From: an uncultured archaeon
GTDB lineage: Archaea > Thermoproteota > Nitrososphaeria > Nitrososphaerales > Gagatemarchaeaceae
DNA: 64,000 bases
Direction of reading: 5' to 3'
NCBI GenBank assembly: GCA_963799775.1
Contig: CAWCYD010000003.1
Span: forward strand, 960,001 to 1,024,000
Below the pieces are notes generated by a model. That model made no database searches, was not told where the DNA came from, and worked only from the letters and a program-made list of their open reading frames with translations. Below are positions 1-9,672 of this stretch, in pieces; position 1 is the first letter of the stretch; each line of letters opens with the position of its first letter. The position numbers and the translations under genes were made by a program.

Positions 1-18
1 CGGGCCTCTTCTTGTTGA

Positions 19-393
19 GCAAGTCACCGGGCCAGTTCCAGGCCACTCCCTCCTGGTTGCGTAAAGCCTCAGGGAGGCTTCCTCATTATCGCGAGCAACC
101 TAGGCTACAACGACAGCATCACGCACGGGGCGCCTGAAAAGAACTGGCCGGTCATCACGGTGAAGGAGGGGCAGACCATCAACATCACTGTGTGCAACAT
201 CGACGTCCAGTCTCACGGCTTCCAGATAACCCACTACTACGATAGCAGTGTGACCACCGTCGAGCCGGGTCAGGTGCTCAAAGTCCCGACGTTCGTCGCC
301 TCCCAAACAGGGACCTTCCAAATCTACTGCGAGATCTTCTGCTCCATACACATCTACATGCAGAGCGGCCAGTTGATAGTCAGCCCTGCGTGA
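19..393 (+). CDS. Cupredoxin-domain protein (5' part outside window or frameshifted)
   Basis: Frame is open from 19; N-x-D-x3-HGF and C-terminal CEIFCSIHIYM copper-ligand motif. Confidence 0.75.
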   Translation, partial: ASHRASSRPLPPGCVKPQGGFLIIASNLGYNDSITHGAPEKNWPVITVKEGQTINITVCNIDVQSHGFQITHYYDSSVTTVEPGQVLKVPTFVASQTGTFQIYCEIFCSIHIYMQSGQLIVSPA

Positions 394-453
394 AGCTTCG
401 TGAAATCTTGAAATCAAGCAGGGCCCTTCGACCTCTTTAGAGGGAAAAGACGC

Positions 454-941
454 ATGTTTTCAACTCGAAAGATTCTATTGATAGCACTCCTTGTCAGTCT
501 CATGGGCGCCCCACCACACTCGGCCCAATCGGCGTCGTCTGTCTTTGTAAGCATTCCAAATGGGACGGCTTCAGGAGGAGTCGGGCCTGGCTATTCACCT
601 TCGGCAATCACCATAGTCATAGGTGTGAACAACACCGTGACTTGGACAAACAACGACGACACAGCGCACACTGTGACGCCTAGCGAGACTCCCTCGCCGG
701 GAAGTTGGTCGTTTGGCTCGGGGAACATGAATCCAGGCGAGGTGTACTCTTTCACTTTCACCGTCCCCGGGAACTACACGTACACGTGCGCTTACCATTC
801 CTTCATGTTCGCGAGCATCACTGTAAAGTCCAGCGGTTCCCCAGCCCCTGAGTTCAGCCAGGCCCGATAGGACTGACTCTCTTGGTCGCAATGGCCTCCG
901 CAGTTCTCCTCAGAAGAGCTCTGCGATTGCCCAGGCCCTAG
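454..941 (+). CDS. Plastocyanin/azurin-like blue copper protein with PEF-CTERM-like anchor (frameshift near 857)
   Basis: Signal peptide; NNDDTAHTVT and YTCAYHSFM type-1 Cu ligands; PAPEF is followed in a shifted frame by a TM helix and basic tail (PGPIGLTLLVAMASAVLLRRALR, stop at 939-941). Confidence 0.8.
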
Positions 942-1033
942 TCGATCTTGCGACTTTGCGGAGTGGCGGGCATCCTCGTGGGGATATTCCAGGAATTCTC
1001 CAAGGGCTGAGCAGTCAGTACAAAAGCCTCCCT

Positions 1034-1070
1034 AGCTCACGCTAGGCTGTTAAAAAAAGGAAAGGGGGAA
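1034..1070 (-). terminator. U-tract terminator region of the S-layer operon
   Basis: Pyrimidine run with a T7 tract on the minus strand just after the stop at 1082. Confidence 0.55.
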
Positions 1071-1081
1071 GCGTCCCTAGC

Positions 1082-2205
1082 TTAGGACAGCTTCCTTACT
1101 AATATTGCTAGTTCGAGGACTAGAGTGATTGCTGCGAGTGCAGCAACTACCAGAACGTATGTCTGGTTGTTGTTGACGGAGTTGGTGAGTGTTGTGAGTT
1201 GGCCGCTGATTCCAGCGACTTGCCCAATGCCTGTAGAGAATGTGCCTAGTGTGTTGGTGATGCCGGTTACTCCAGTGGAGATCCCGTTGACGGTTGTCTG
1301 GACTGCTGAGAGTGTTGTGCTGATGCCGCTGAGCTGTGTTTGGATTGCTGCCAGCGCCGCTGCGTCAGGGCTTGACCCCGAGCTGGTAGCTGTGACGGTC
1401 TGTGTCACTGTAGTTGTTGTTCCTGGGCCCGAGCCGCCTGAAGAGGCCGGCTGGACGGTGAATGTGCCCAAGCCTTCGCCAGTGACGCCGTTGGCGTCAG
1501 TGGTTCCAGCGTGGACTCCGTAGAGCCCTTGGAGCGCTGTTGCTGGTAGGGTGAAGTTCACGTAGTAGTATCCCGTGTGGACTCTCGTGTACGTCCCTAG
1601 GCATACGGCTCCCGCGGCTGTTCCGGGGTTGCAGATGTTGTGTAGTGTGCCATCTGGGTAGTGGATGTGGAAGGGTGACCAAGTCGCGACATCGTCCAAC
1701 GTTCCCGTTGGAGAGGACGTCAGGATGGAAATCCCCACATAGCCAGTACTCGCGATGTAGGTAGCCTGGATGTTGACGGTCATGAAGTAGTTGGATGGGC
1801 CGCCAGATCCCTGGGTTCCGGTCGCTGTGTACTGGAACGTGGATGTGGCTGTTGCTGTCGCGCCGTTGAAGCCCCAGGTCGCGTTGACGGTATAGGCCCG
1901 TGGTCCAACCCGATGCACCACCGGTGACGAAGGCGTAGTTGTACGTCCCCGTTCCGGTTGCGACTGGTTGGCTGCCGATGTCAACGGTTCCTGAATTGAC
2001 CCTTCGTCGTGATGATCACGTTCGAAGAGCCCGAGGGGGCCGGTGTCACCGTTCCCGAGACCTGGACTGTCTGCGTGCCTGCATAGCTTGACGCGCTGGT
2101 CGAGACGGTTATGGTTGAGGCAGCAAAGGCGGCCATTGGCCCTAAGACCAAGACGGCCGCGATTAGGACTGCTGCGATGGTTCTGAGTGTCTTCAAATCA
2201 ATCAC
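1082..2205 (-). CDS. Membrane-anchored S-layer stalk-like (SlaB-like) protein; two frameshifts (~1998, ~1897)
   Basis: ORFs 1981-2205 and 1082-1984 join via an intermediate frame (GTVDIGSQPVATGTGTYNYAFVTGG); signal peptide, beta-rich domains, Thr linker, heptad-like stretch, C-terminal TM plus RKLS. Confidence 0.65.
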
Positions 2206-2212
2206 CTGGTGA

Positions 2213-5200
2213 CTAGATTGTCACCGTTGTCGTGCTTGTCGTCGACACTGCGGTTCCTGATGTTGATGTCGTGAACAGAGTCACGGAGTAGGTGCCGGAT
2301 GGCAAGCCGAACAGCACGTTAGTTGCTGTAGCGCTCGATCCTGCGGACACCGTGATCGTTGCTGTGGAGACGTCGACTGTCTGTCCCGCGCCGTTGTGCA
2401 CGACTGCGAAGACGATGACTGTCTGTGGTGCGTTGGAGTTGTTAGTCCATACCGAGTTGACTGTCTTGTAGCCCGCAACCGAGCCGGTTGAGATAGCGCC
2501 GCTGCTTGTTGTCATGCAGCTCGTTGTCTGGCAACCAGTTGTCGTGGAGCCGACTGTGAGAGTTGGTGGCGATGCGAGTCCGATGTTACCGCTGCCCACA
2601 GGCTGCAGTTCGACTGTGTAGCCCGCACCAGAGCTGACTGGCTGTGCGCCAGAGTTGGTCTGGTAGGTGCTGGGGACTGTGAAGGTGCCGGATCCTGCTC
2701 CCTGTGCGTTGGAGAGGATAGCGCCCACTACAGTTCCGCAAGTCGAGCCGCTAACACCGCATGAGTAGGGTGCGAAGAGTACGTTGTAGCCCTTGTTCGA
2801 GTTGAGTCCGTGTGCGTTGAGGACGACGTTGTGCCCGATTGGGGCGGATGACATGTTGAGGTTCGCGCTTGCCTGCAGTTCGAACTGCGCGACACCGGTT
2901 GCAGGACCTGAGCCAAAGTTGGCTCCGGTCTGAGCGAAGATGCAGTATAGTGTACCTTGCTCAAGGCCAGTAGCCGTTGGCATGTCGTTGATAGCGACGG
3001 AAGTCCCTGATGGGACTGCTCCTCCGCTAGTAGAGGTGAAGGCGCCTGCGACTGTTGATGGCTGTCCAGCGGATGCGATAGTGCATGTCGATGGGGGTGA
3101 GCCGCCTGCCATGACAACACCGAGGTCGTACACGGTGCTGCCTGCTAGGCCAGTGCCTGAGACGGACACGCTTCCTCCTACGTTGGCTACGGTTGGCACC
3201 GCAACGAGGCTTGTGCCCTCGTTGAAGAGCATGTCACCGAAGTTCGTTTGGAGCGTTGTGCTCGTTAGGCCTGGATCAGTGTCGAGATAGTCGCCCTGTA
3301 GGTTGTCGGAGAACATCATGCTCGTTCCGATAGCAGAGGTTCTCTGGAGGTCGATGATGTGTGTGCCGCTGGTGTCAGCGGGGATGGTGAACTGGACTCC
3401 GGGCACTGGGATTCCACCAGTTGCCGTGGAAGTGAAGGTCCCTAGGACGGTCCCGGTTACTCCCGGTGACGTGGTGCCAGCGTTCCATATGATGTCATAT
3501 GCCGTGTTCGGGTAGAGTCCGTGGACTCCGAACGTGGTGCCGGTCCTGAGGATGCTTGTTGAGCCTGCAGTGCCCGCGACGCTACTTAGCGCCTGGGTTG
3601 CTGCAGTGCCTCCACCGTTGATTCTCGGGTCGAAGGTCGTCCCTGCGGTGTTCGTCACAGCTGCGCTGGTGACGCTACCTGTGACAACAATGTTCTGGGG
3701 CCATGCACCGAGGTCGGGAACTTGTCCCGCCGCTGTCGCGCAGAAGCCATTGGTTGTTGCACATGTGCCGCCGGAGACCATCGAGGCTCCGCCGACCGTC
3801 AGTGTGAGACTGTCGGTCGCGCCGAATCCGTGTCCAGATACGGTGAATGTTGAAGTTGAGTAGTCAACTGTTGAGGCGCCGTTCACTACCCATGGTGTGA
3901 TACCGAACGACGGGCTGAGGATGTTTGCAGGAGCTGTTCCTGCTTGGGTGACTGTTGGGGGGTAGCTTGCCGCTGTAGTCGGAGCTCCAGAAGTAGACCA
4001 GGCTGTGTCACCTAGACCTGCTTCGGCCAAGAATGCGCCGTTGCAGTCAGGCGACCCTGAGGTTGGGCTCGATCCTTGGAAGACGACAGGTGAGGTCGAC
4101 CAGGTCACTCCAGTTGGAGTGGCGATACTGATCGCTCCGCCTGCTGCTCCGCCACATGCCGTGGCGGGAACGAACCCGTAACCGAAGAAGCCTATCTGAT
4201 TCTGGACCGGCTTGGGGTTGCTACTTGATGCGCTGAAGCCAGTTCCTGGCTTGTAGTTGCCTGAAGATGAATCGATGTTTGCGATACCGGTGCTAGTGGA
4301 TGTCCCTGCGATAGAGGAGATGAATGCTCCTCCCCACGGGAAGTCCTTTGTAGCGCCGGCTGTGCTGATGGCCACTCCTGTGGTCACAGAGCCGAGGGCG
4401 ATGTTGCCGTTAGCATAGCTGAACGTCGATCCCTGGATCGTTACTGGCTGGTTCCCGAACGGCACGTTTGCCGTTGGCGAGAGGACCACGCCGTAGAAGG
4501 TTCCAGTGGAGCTGACGACTATGGCGTTGTGGCTTGTTCCCACACTGCCGATCGTTATGCTGTTCGACGAAATCGTGCCGGCTGCAAAGCCATGGCCCTC
4601 CACGAGTACGGAGGTTGGCGCTGTGCCGAGGAAGCTGTATGTGGTCTTGTCGGCTCCCGAATTGTAGAAGGTGACCCACGGGTTGACCGTGAACGTTGTC
4701 GTTGCGGTCAGTCCAGAGGTAGCACCTGTTGCAGTGACAGTCTTGGATCCGCCCGAGACGTCGGCAATTGAGGTGCCGACTGCGGCCTGACACGATCCCG
4801 CTCCTGTGGTTGCGCTCCCTCCTAGTGTCGTGCCTGTTGTGCACGTGAAGGAGGTTACCACGAACATGGAGGTCGCGATCGTTACCGACTCGCCTGAGCC
4901 GAATCCGGTCACTGAGATAGTTCCGCCGATTGCTTGTTCAGGGAACCCGAAGTTGGAGGTGCCAGAGGTCTTGGAGAAGGATACGGATGGTGTGATGGTG
5001 AATGGAACGCTCACAGTGTTGGTCCCGTCAGTCACGACGATGGTTTCTGGGCCACCGGGGAGTGCGGGGACTGTGAAGACGCTCTTGAAGCTGCCAACTG
5101 CTGTGGTTGTGACACAGCCGGTTGGTGAAGCAGTGTTGATGAGGCTGTCGACCCCGGTGACTCCGCCGATTGCGTTGGCGAAGGTTCCTCCGCAGTTATT

Positions 5201-5527
5201 CTGGCTTGCGGATGGATACCAAGAGGCCGTTGATGTGCCCACTGTCGTTGAGACAGCTATCGGTGCATTGGTGGCGAATCCCGTACCTGTTAGGGTAAGG
5301 GACGAGCCGACAGTGCCCGCGGTGACGCCCGTTAGTTCGGTGGGGCCACCAAGTGTCGACGACAGAGGTGATATTGTCGACAGGGTTACTGTGGCAGTCG
5401 CTGCGTGCGCGCTTTGAAACGGCAGCAGGAATACCATACCTGCTATTCCAGCGAGGAATAGCAGACCTATCGTTCCTAATGAAGCTAGTCTGTTTGTTTG
5501 TGTGATATGCGTTTGCATATTATTCAC
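2213..5527 (-). CDS. Large secreted S-layer-like (SlaA-like) protein with repeated Ig/IPT-like domains
   Basis: 1104 aa, signal peptide ending SAHA, T/S/G-rich, repeated V-x-G-x-G-F/L motifs, no C-terminal TM, codon usage unlike neighbours. Confidence 0.7.
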   Translation of the reverse strand: MNNMQTHITQTNRLASLGTIGLLFLAGIAGMVFLLPFQSAHAATATVTLSTISPLSSTLGGPTELTGVTAGTVGSSLTLTGTGFATNAPIAVSTTVGTSTASWYPSASQNNCGGTFANAIGGVTGVDSLINTASPTGCVTTTAVGSFKSVFTVPALPGGPETIVVTDGTNTVSVPFTITPSVSFSKTSGTSNFGFPEQAIGGTISVTGFGSGESVTIATSMFVVTSFTCTTGTTLGGSATTGAGSCQAAVGTSIADVSGGSKTVTATGATSGLTATTTFTVNPWVTFYNSGADKTTYSFLGTAPTSVLVEGHGFAAGTISSNSITIGSVGTSHNAIVVSSTGTFYGVVLSPTANVPFGNQPVTIQGSTFSYANGNIALGSVTTGVAISTAGATKDFPWGGAFISSIAGTSTSTGIANIDSSSGNYKPGTGFSASSSNPKPVQNQIGFFGYGFVPATACGGAAGGAISIATPTGVTWSTSPVVFQGSSPTSGSPDCNGAFLAEAGLGDTAWSTSGAPTTAASYPPTVTQAGTAPANILSPSFGITPWVVNGASTVDYSTSTFTVSGHGFGATDSLTLTVGGASMVSGGTCATTNGFCATAAGQVPDLGAWPQNIVVTGSVTSAAVTNTAGTTFDPRINGGGTAATQALSSVAGTAGSTSILRTGTTFGVHGLYPNTAYDIIWNAGTTSPGVTGTVLGTFTSTATGGIPVPGVQFTIPADTSGTHIIDLQRTSAIGTSMMFSDNLQGDYLDTDPGLTSTTLQTNFGDMLFNEGTSLVAVPTVANVGGSVSVSGTGLAGSTVYDLGVVMAGGSPPSTCTIASAGQPSTVAGAFTSTSGGAVPSGTSVAINDMPTATGLEQGTLYCIFAQTGANFGSGPATGVAQFELQASANLNMSSAPIGHNVVLNAHGLNSNKGYNVLFAPYSCGVSGSTCGTVVGAILSNAQGAGSGTFTVPSTYQTNSGAQPVSSGAGYTVELQPVGSGNIGLASPPTLTVGSTTTGCQTTSCMTTSSGAISTGSVAGYKTVNSVWTNNSNAPQTVIVFAVVHNGAGQTVDVSTATITVSAGSSATATNVLFGLPSGTYSVTLFTTSTSGTAVSTTSTTTVTI

Positions 5528-5809
5528 TAATTTTCGTAACTTATTGCCTTGGAAGATTCGCTTATAACACTTGTGGATGATTGGTCACCTAGAAGGAAGA
5601 TACATACTTTGATTCCATAGAATGAGGTTGGAGCTGCTTTTTTGGGCGAAAGGGACGCGTTTTGGGCTAATTTTCACGCACGATTTCGGCCTCCGATGGT
5701 CGTTACCATAAAATTGGTAGACGGGCCTGGGTGAGGCACGCCAGATTCGGCGCGGAAACTCGTCAAGTTCAAGGCTTTCTGGGACCAATGCACCCTGAAA
5801 CGGCCGAAT

Positions 5810-7111
5810 CTAAGTTTGAACGCTTGACACTTCAAGCGGGGGATAGGCCGCGTCGCCCGCAGGGCGCGGCGGAGGATTCTGGAACATCGTGACCGAGTAC
5901 TGGTTGCCAAAGTCAGTCCTCCACTTCCCCCCATAGACGTCGTATGTGCTGACGTGGATCTGGTTGTTGTCGGTGTCGAAGTTCAGGATGGTTATCGTCG
6001 CCCCGCCGACCTTGTCCGTGTCGCTCGTGGCCGCGTCCGAGTCGTCGATGCCCCTCCCCGTCAGGTCTGTCGGAATGTCGCAGCAGTCCTGCCTGTCGAA
6101 CATCAGTTGGTTTCTGCCCCGGACAGGGCTCGGCGTGAAGTATCCCGCGTCGGTCCCAAAGTGGCCGTTCAAGGTGAGGAACACGCTCGGGTGCCTGTTC
6201 ACCATTGGGACAAAATCCCTCAAAAAGTCCGCCATCGTCGGGCCTTGGCTGGGGTCAAAGTCCTGCCCTTCCGCGTTCACGTAGGCGTGCGGCGCGAGTA
6301 TCGCATAGTAGCCTGCGAACCGCGGGTCGCTGAGGATCTCCTCGGCCCACCCTATCACGGGCCCCAAGGCGTTCCACTCGACGTTGATCACGAGGAAGTT
6401 CAGCCCGTTGGCGGCGAAGGCCAGGGCCGTGTCCATCCCGTTGTGAAAGTCCCCCACCCATTCCGCATATTGGATGCCGTTCACGAAGGCGCTCATGGTT
6501 GTCGGGTCGAACGCAGGCGCGCCCCAGACGTTGCCCTTCCACCCGGAGGTGGGGTCGCCCAAGACCAGGTCGTCGTGGTTCCCCGCGCACCAGGTGTAGG
6601 GTATGCCGTTCGAGGTCAGGACGTTCATCGCGTCGTTCGCGTGCTCCCACTCCCGCTCCACGCTGCCGGTCTCCACCATGTCCCCAGTGTGGATCACGAG
6701 CTTCCCGTTGTAGGCGGCCCAGTGCTTGGCTATCCAGTTCGTCATCATCTTGAAGAGGGCGGGGTTCCTCTCCGAGAGGAACTGCGTGTCGGTTATCCAG
6801 AATATCGAGAAGCTGTTGGGCGCCGGCGGCGTCCCGAGCGCGGCGGCATCAGGCAGGAACTCAGAGTCCAACCCGTTAACAGGCCTCGAGCCGCCTCTCT
6901 TGGCCAGCGCTCCGGTCGCGGACGAGGAGATGTTCTTCTCTTGCTTCAACATGCCTCCTGCCAGAGTCCCGACCTGGGAGACCACCGCGCCCGCGACCGC
7001 GACACTTCCGGCGAGTCTTAGGAATCGACGCCTCGAGAGCTTGCTCTCGCTCTCGACGTCGGGAGAGCCCACGCACTGGGCTGAATTCTGTCCACTAGAT
7101 AAGCGGCGCAC
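5810..7111 (-). CDS. Tat-exported calcineurin-like metallophosphoesterase
   Basis: SRRRFLR Tat motif; ITDTQ, HTGD, GNHD, GHF metal-binding motifs. Confidence 0.85.
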   Translation of the reverse strand: MRRLSSGQNSAQCVGSPDVESESKLSRRRFLRLAGSVAVAGAVVSQVGTLAGGMLKQEKNISSSATGALAKRGGSRPVNGLDSEFLPDAAALGTPPAPNSFSIFWITDTQFLSERNPALFKMMTNWIAKHWAAYNGKLVIHTGDMVETGSVEREWEHANDAMNVLTSNGIPYTWCAGNHDDLVLGDPTSGWKGNVWGAPAFDPTTMSAFVNGIQYAEWVGDFHNGMDTALAFAANGLNFLVINVEWNALGPVIGWAEEILSDPRFAGYYAILAPHAYVNAEGQDFDPSQGPTMADFLRDFVPMVNRHPSVFLTLNGHFGTDAGYFTPSPVRGRNQLMFDRQDCCDIPTDLTGRGIDDSDAATSDTDKVGGATITILNFDTDNNQIHVSTYDVYGGKWRTDFGNQYSVTMFQNPPPRPAGDAAYPPLEVSSVQT

Positions 7112-7156
7112 GCTTCGAAATGCGGGGAAAATTGTTTAGCCAATTCACGAAGAAGC

Positions 7157-7209
7157 TCAGGGTTTGAGCTTGAAAATGGCCACTTCGGACTGGTCGTAGA
7201 CCATCTGGA
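7157..7209 (-). repeat. Diverged duplicate of the 3' end of the 9673-11457 gene
   Basis: 47/53 nt identical to 9673-9725; encodes QMVYDQSEVAIFKLKP* vs QMVYNQSGVAIFKLKP*. Confidence 0.9.
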
Positions 7210-7320
7210 GACACCTATGTCCGCGGTGGAAGAGACACGCCCTTCCAGACAAAGTTCGAAGGGGACGCAAACGATCTTCTTGAAAGGGCAGGCAAGGCAC
7301 TTCGCGGAAGATTTCAGACT

Positions 7321-7744
7321 CTAGCTCAGCACTCTTGCCCCGAGCTTCTTCCAATCATCGACGTTGTCCGTCAGAATCGTGTGAAGTCCAGCATTCTGCA
7401 TCTTTAGCCATATCATTGCATCCCCCGAGTCATGGTGGCCAACCTCGACGAGTGCGTAGAGCTTCGTCATATCAGCGGATGAGAAGGACGCCGAGGAAAC
7501 CTCCACTTCCAAGTCCTTGAGAAGCACCGGGAACCTCCGGCGGAGTGCCTCCAACATCTCCAGCCTGGCCCTTTTTCCGCCGGCCCTGGCCTTACCTATC
7601 TCATCTTCCATCACTTTCATGAACTCGAACACCATCAGGTCGAGGGTCGAGAGGGTCCATCCCTCCTTCGACCAAGGCCCTCAGCTTCTTGGTGCCGGAG
7701 AAGAAGGCCGAGGTGTCAAGCACCACGACGTCGCTCGACGACAT
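7321..7744 (-). CDS. PIN-domain (VapC-like) toxin, frameshift near 7660
   Basis: ATG at 7744 gives MSSSDVVVLDTSAFF, joining ORF 7321-7635 with DSGDA and LTDNVDDW. Confidence 0.75.
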
Positions 7745-7752
7745 CCGAAAAT

Positions 7753-8052
7753 TCACCGCCCGGCTTTGACCCTTCTCGCCAGCATCTCATCTATCTCCTT
7801 CGACGACAAGGCCGATAGACCTGCGGAGGAGACGAGCCTCTCCCATTCATCAAGCGCCGTCCGCTTGCGTCGGGCCTCCAGTGTCCGGAGCAGTTCGCCC
7901 AGCTTCCGCGCTATCTCTTCGTTCGCCGCGATGATGGCAGAATCCTCGGAAGCTAGGACCACGACATCATTGCCAGCCTCTAGGTCGACCAAATCGGGTA
8001 TCGTCACTCTTCTCTTCGCGTCTAGCCTTCTTCTCGTGACGTGGATCGGCAT
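7753..8052 (-). CDS. AbrB/MazE-type antitoxin
   Basis: MPIHVTRRRLDAKRRVTIP...LEAGNDV swapped-hairpin motif; directly upstream of a PIN gene. Confidence 0.75.
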   Translation of the reverse strand: MPIHVTRRRLDAKRRVTIPDLVDLEAGNDVVVLASEDSAIIAANEEIARKLGELLRTLEARRKRTALDEWERLVSSAGLSALSSKEIDEMLARRVKAGR

Positions 8053-8060
8053 GGATATTC

Positions 8061-8112
8061 TCCCACTCTTGTCATGGCCAGTGTGGGATTTAAGGCTTGG
8101 CAGGATTCCCAC
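8061..8112. promoter_or_regulatory. Putative antitoxin operator around TATA box
   Basis: TCCCAC (8061-8066), GTGGGA (8083-8088) and TCCCAC (8107-8112) around CTTAAAT on the minus strand. Confidence 0.5.
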
Positions 8113-8272
8113 CGAGAATTATTTTCAGCGCGCGGACTCATGGGCGTCGGATTGAGATCGGACCCGACTTGGCAGCATCGCACAAGGAATAGCCCGACGG
8201 CTCCCGTCCAAGAGATAGAGCTTCCGGGAACGTGGGTCAGCTCAGCGATTGCTCGACACGTCGGCCTCAATC

Positions 8273-8767
8273 TCACCGAGCGCCCTGAAGCCGAACTCGT
8301 GCCGCCTTGCGCTCTCCCTCTGAGAGCAACCCCCAGTAGCCGTTTCCTTTGACAAGTCCGGAGTGCTTGGCGAAGCTCCTCAGGTCGAAGGTCAATAGGT
8401 TCTCGATGCGCAGGCTCTGGAGCAAGAGCGTGGTCACGGCGTCCGTGAGGCTGAGCGACCGCTCACGCTGGAACAGCTTCAATGCCTCGGCGTGGAGCGC
8501 CCCGTCCACGATCTGCTCTTTTATTCCGGACCCGACGATGAGGTCGGGGAGAGCCCTCGCTGTCGCGGGGCCGCGCCTCGCGGCGAGCAGGAGTGTGGTC
8601 TCGAGGACGATGTAGTTCGTCGTGAAGACTGCGCCCCACCTTCCATCCAAGGCGTGGAGGAGGACCGCCAAGGAGTCTTCGTGGTGCGAGTCACTCGTGT
8701 CGTAGATCGCGTACAGCACGCCGGTGTCGACAAGAGCACCCGTCTTGACCTTCCCCCGCTCGCTCCG
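8273..8767 (-). CDS. vapC: PIN-domain VapC toxin (start codon uncertain)
   Basis: ALVDTGVLYA...NYIVLET...SLTDA...LTFD, a full PIN acidic set; frame is open up to the antitoxin stop. Confidence 0.85.
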   Translation of the reverse strand, partial: RSERGKVKTGALVDTGVLYAIYDTSDSHHEDSLAVLLHALDGRWGAVFTTNYIVLETTLLLAARRGPATARALPDLIVGSGIKEQIVDGALHAEALKLFQRERSLSLTDAVTTLLLQSLRIENLLTFDLRSFAKHSGLVKGNGYWGLLSEGERKAARVRLQGAR

Positions 8768-9037
8768 CTACGACCTTTCTTGAGAGATGAACTTTCCTAG
8801 TTCGTCGTCGACATTCTCGGAGACGCTGACCTTCTTCTTGCTCGATGGTCCAGCGAATCGCAAAGTCTCGACTAGGGCGACGGTGTTGCCGCGGAACCTC
8901 TCGTTCTCCTTCTCGGCGCTCTCAAGGGCGAACCTGAAGGCCTCCGTCAGCGTCTTCGAGCTCGTCCTCTTAGCGAGCCTCTCGAGCCTCAGCTTGTCGT
9001 CCCTCGAGATCCGGATTGTCGTGCTCATCTCTTCCAT
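8768..9037 (-). CDS. VapB-like (RHH-type) antitoxin
   Basis: MSTTIRISRDDKLRLERLA N-terminus; C-terminal SVSENVDDEL typical of archaeal VapB; upstream of vapC. Confidence 0.8.
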   Translation of the reverse strand: MEEMSTTIRISRDDKLRLERLAKRTSSKTLTEAFRFALESAEKENERFRGNTVALVETLRFAGPSSKKKVSVSENVDDELGKFISQERS

Positions 9038-9041
9038 GCCC

Positions 9042-9061
9042 TATATCTACATGTAGATATA
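9042..9061. promoter_or_regulatory. Perfect 20-bp palindrome overlapping the vapB TATA box (operator)
   Basis: TATATCTACATGTAGATATA is its own reverse complement and lies 5 bp before the ATG at 9037. Confidence 0.75.
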
Positions 9062-9195
9062 TAAACGCCTCTACAGCCTCTCGGACGCAAATCCGAGCAT
9101 CACGGCTTGACCGTGAATATCGCCGCGCAGGACTGATTGCAGGCCGTCGAGCAGGTGTTGGCGCTTTTATATCGGGATGCCATGTGACTCTCTAG

Positions 9196-9618
9196 ATGTC
9201 CGCCAGAGTCAGGGGAGCTGCCGGCGCCGTGGAGAGGATCCTGCTCCCTCGACTCAACAGCATCGAGGGCGAGTTAAAGTCCATCAACACGCGAATCGAC
9301 TCCGTGAACGCAAGGATCGACGGCGAACTAAAGTCCATCAACGGTCGCATCGACTCCGTGAACGCCAAGATCGATTCATCGACTGGTGAGCTTCGGTCCG
9401 AGATCAAGGTTGTGGACACAAAGCTCGTCGAGATGGACAAGCGCATGGAAGTAAAGTTCGATGCTGCATCCGCCCAGATCGAGTCTGTCAGGAGCGAGGT
9501 ACGCGCCCAGGTCGAATCCGTCCGGAACGAGGTTCGCTCGCTTGGCGAGAAGGTGGACCTCGTGAAGGACATGGAAAAGCTCAAAGTCGAAGTCGCCGAG
9601 CTGAAGAAAGCGCGCTAG
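9196..9618 (+). CDS. Small coiled-coil repeat protein
   Basis: Heptad pattern with an 18-aa tandem repeat. Confidence 0.7.
   Translation: MSARVRGAAGAVERILLPRLNSIEGELKSINTRIDSVNARIDGELKSINGRIDSVNAKIDSSTGELRSEIKVVDTKLVEMDKRMEVKFDAASAQIESVRSEVRAQVESVRNEVRSLGEKVDLVKDMEKLKVEVAELKKAR
9262..9369 (+). repeat. Two 54-bp intragenic tandem repeats
   Basis: IEGELKSINTRIDSVNAR / IDGELKSINGRIDSVNAK. Confidence 0.85.
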
Positions 9619-9672
9619 GCTTGGGCTTCTGAGCACCAAATAGGGCATCTTCGAGCTGTCGGGTTGGAGTCA

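Noticed and set aside
8117-8128. AATTATTTTCAG shared with the IS end region near 12392
   Set aside because: 12-bp AT-rich match lacking the outer TIR; plausible by chance
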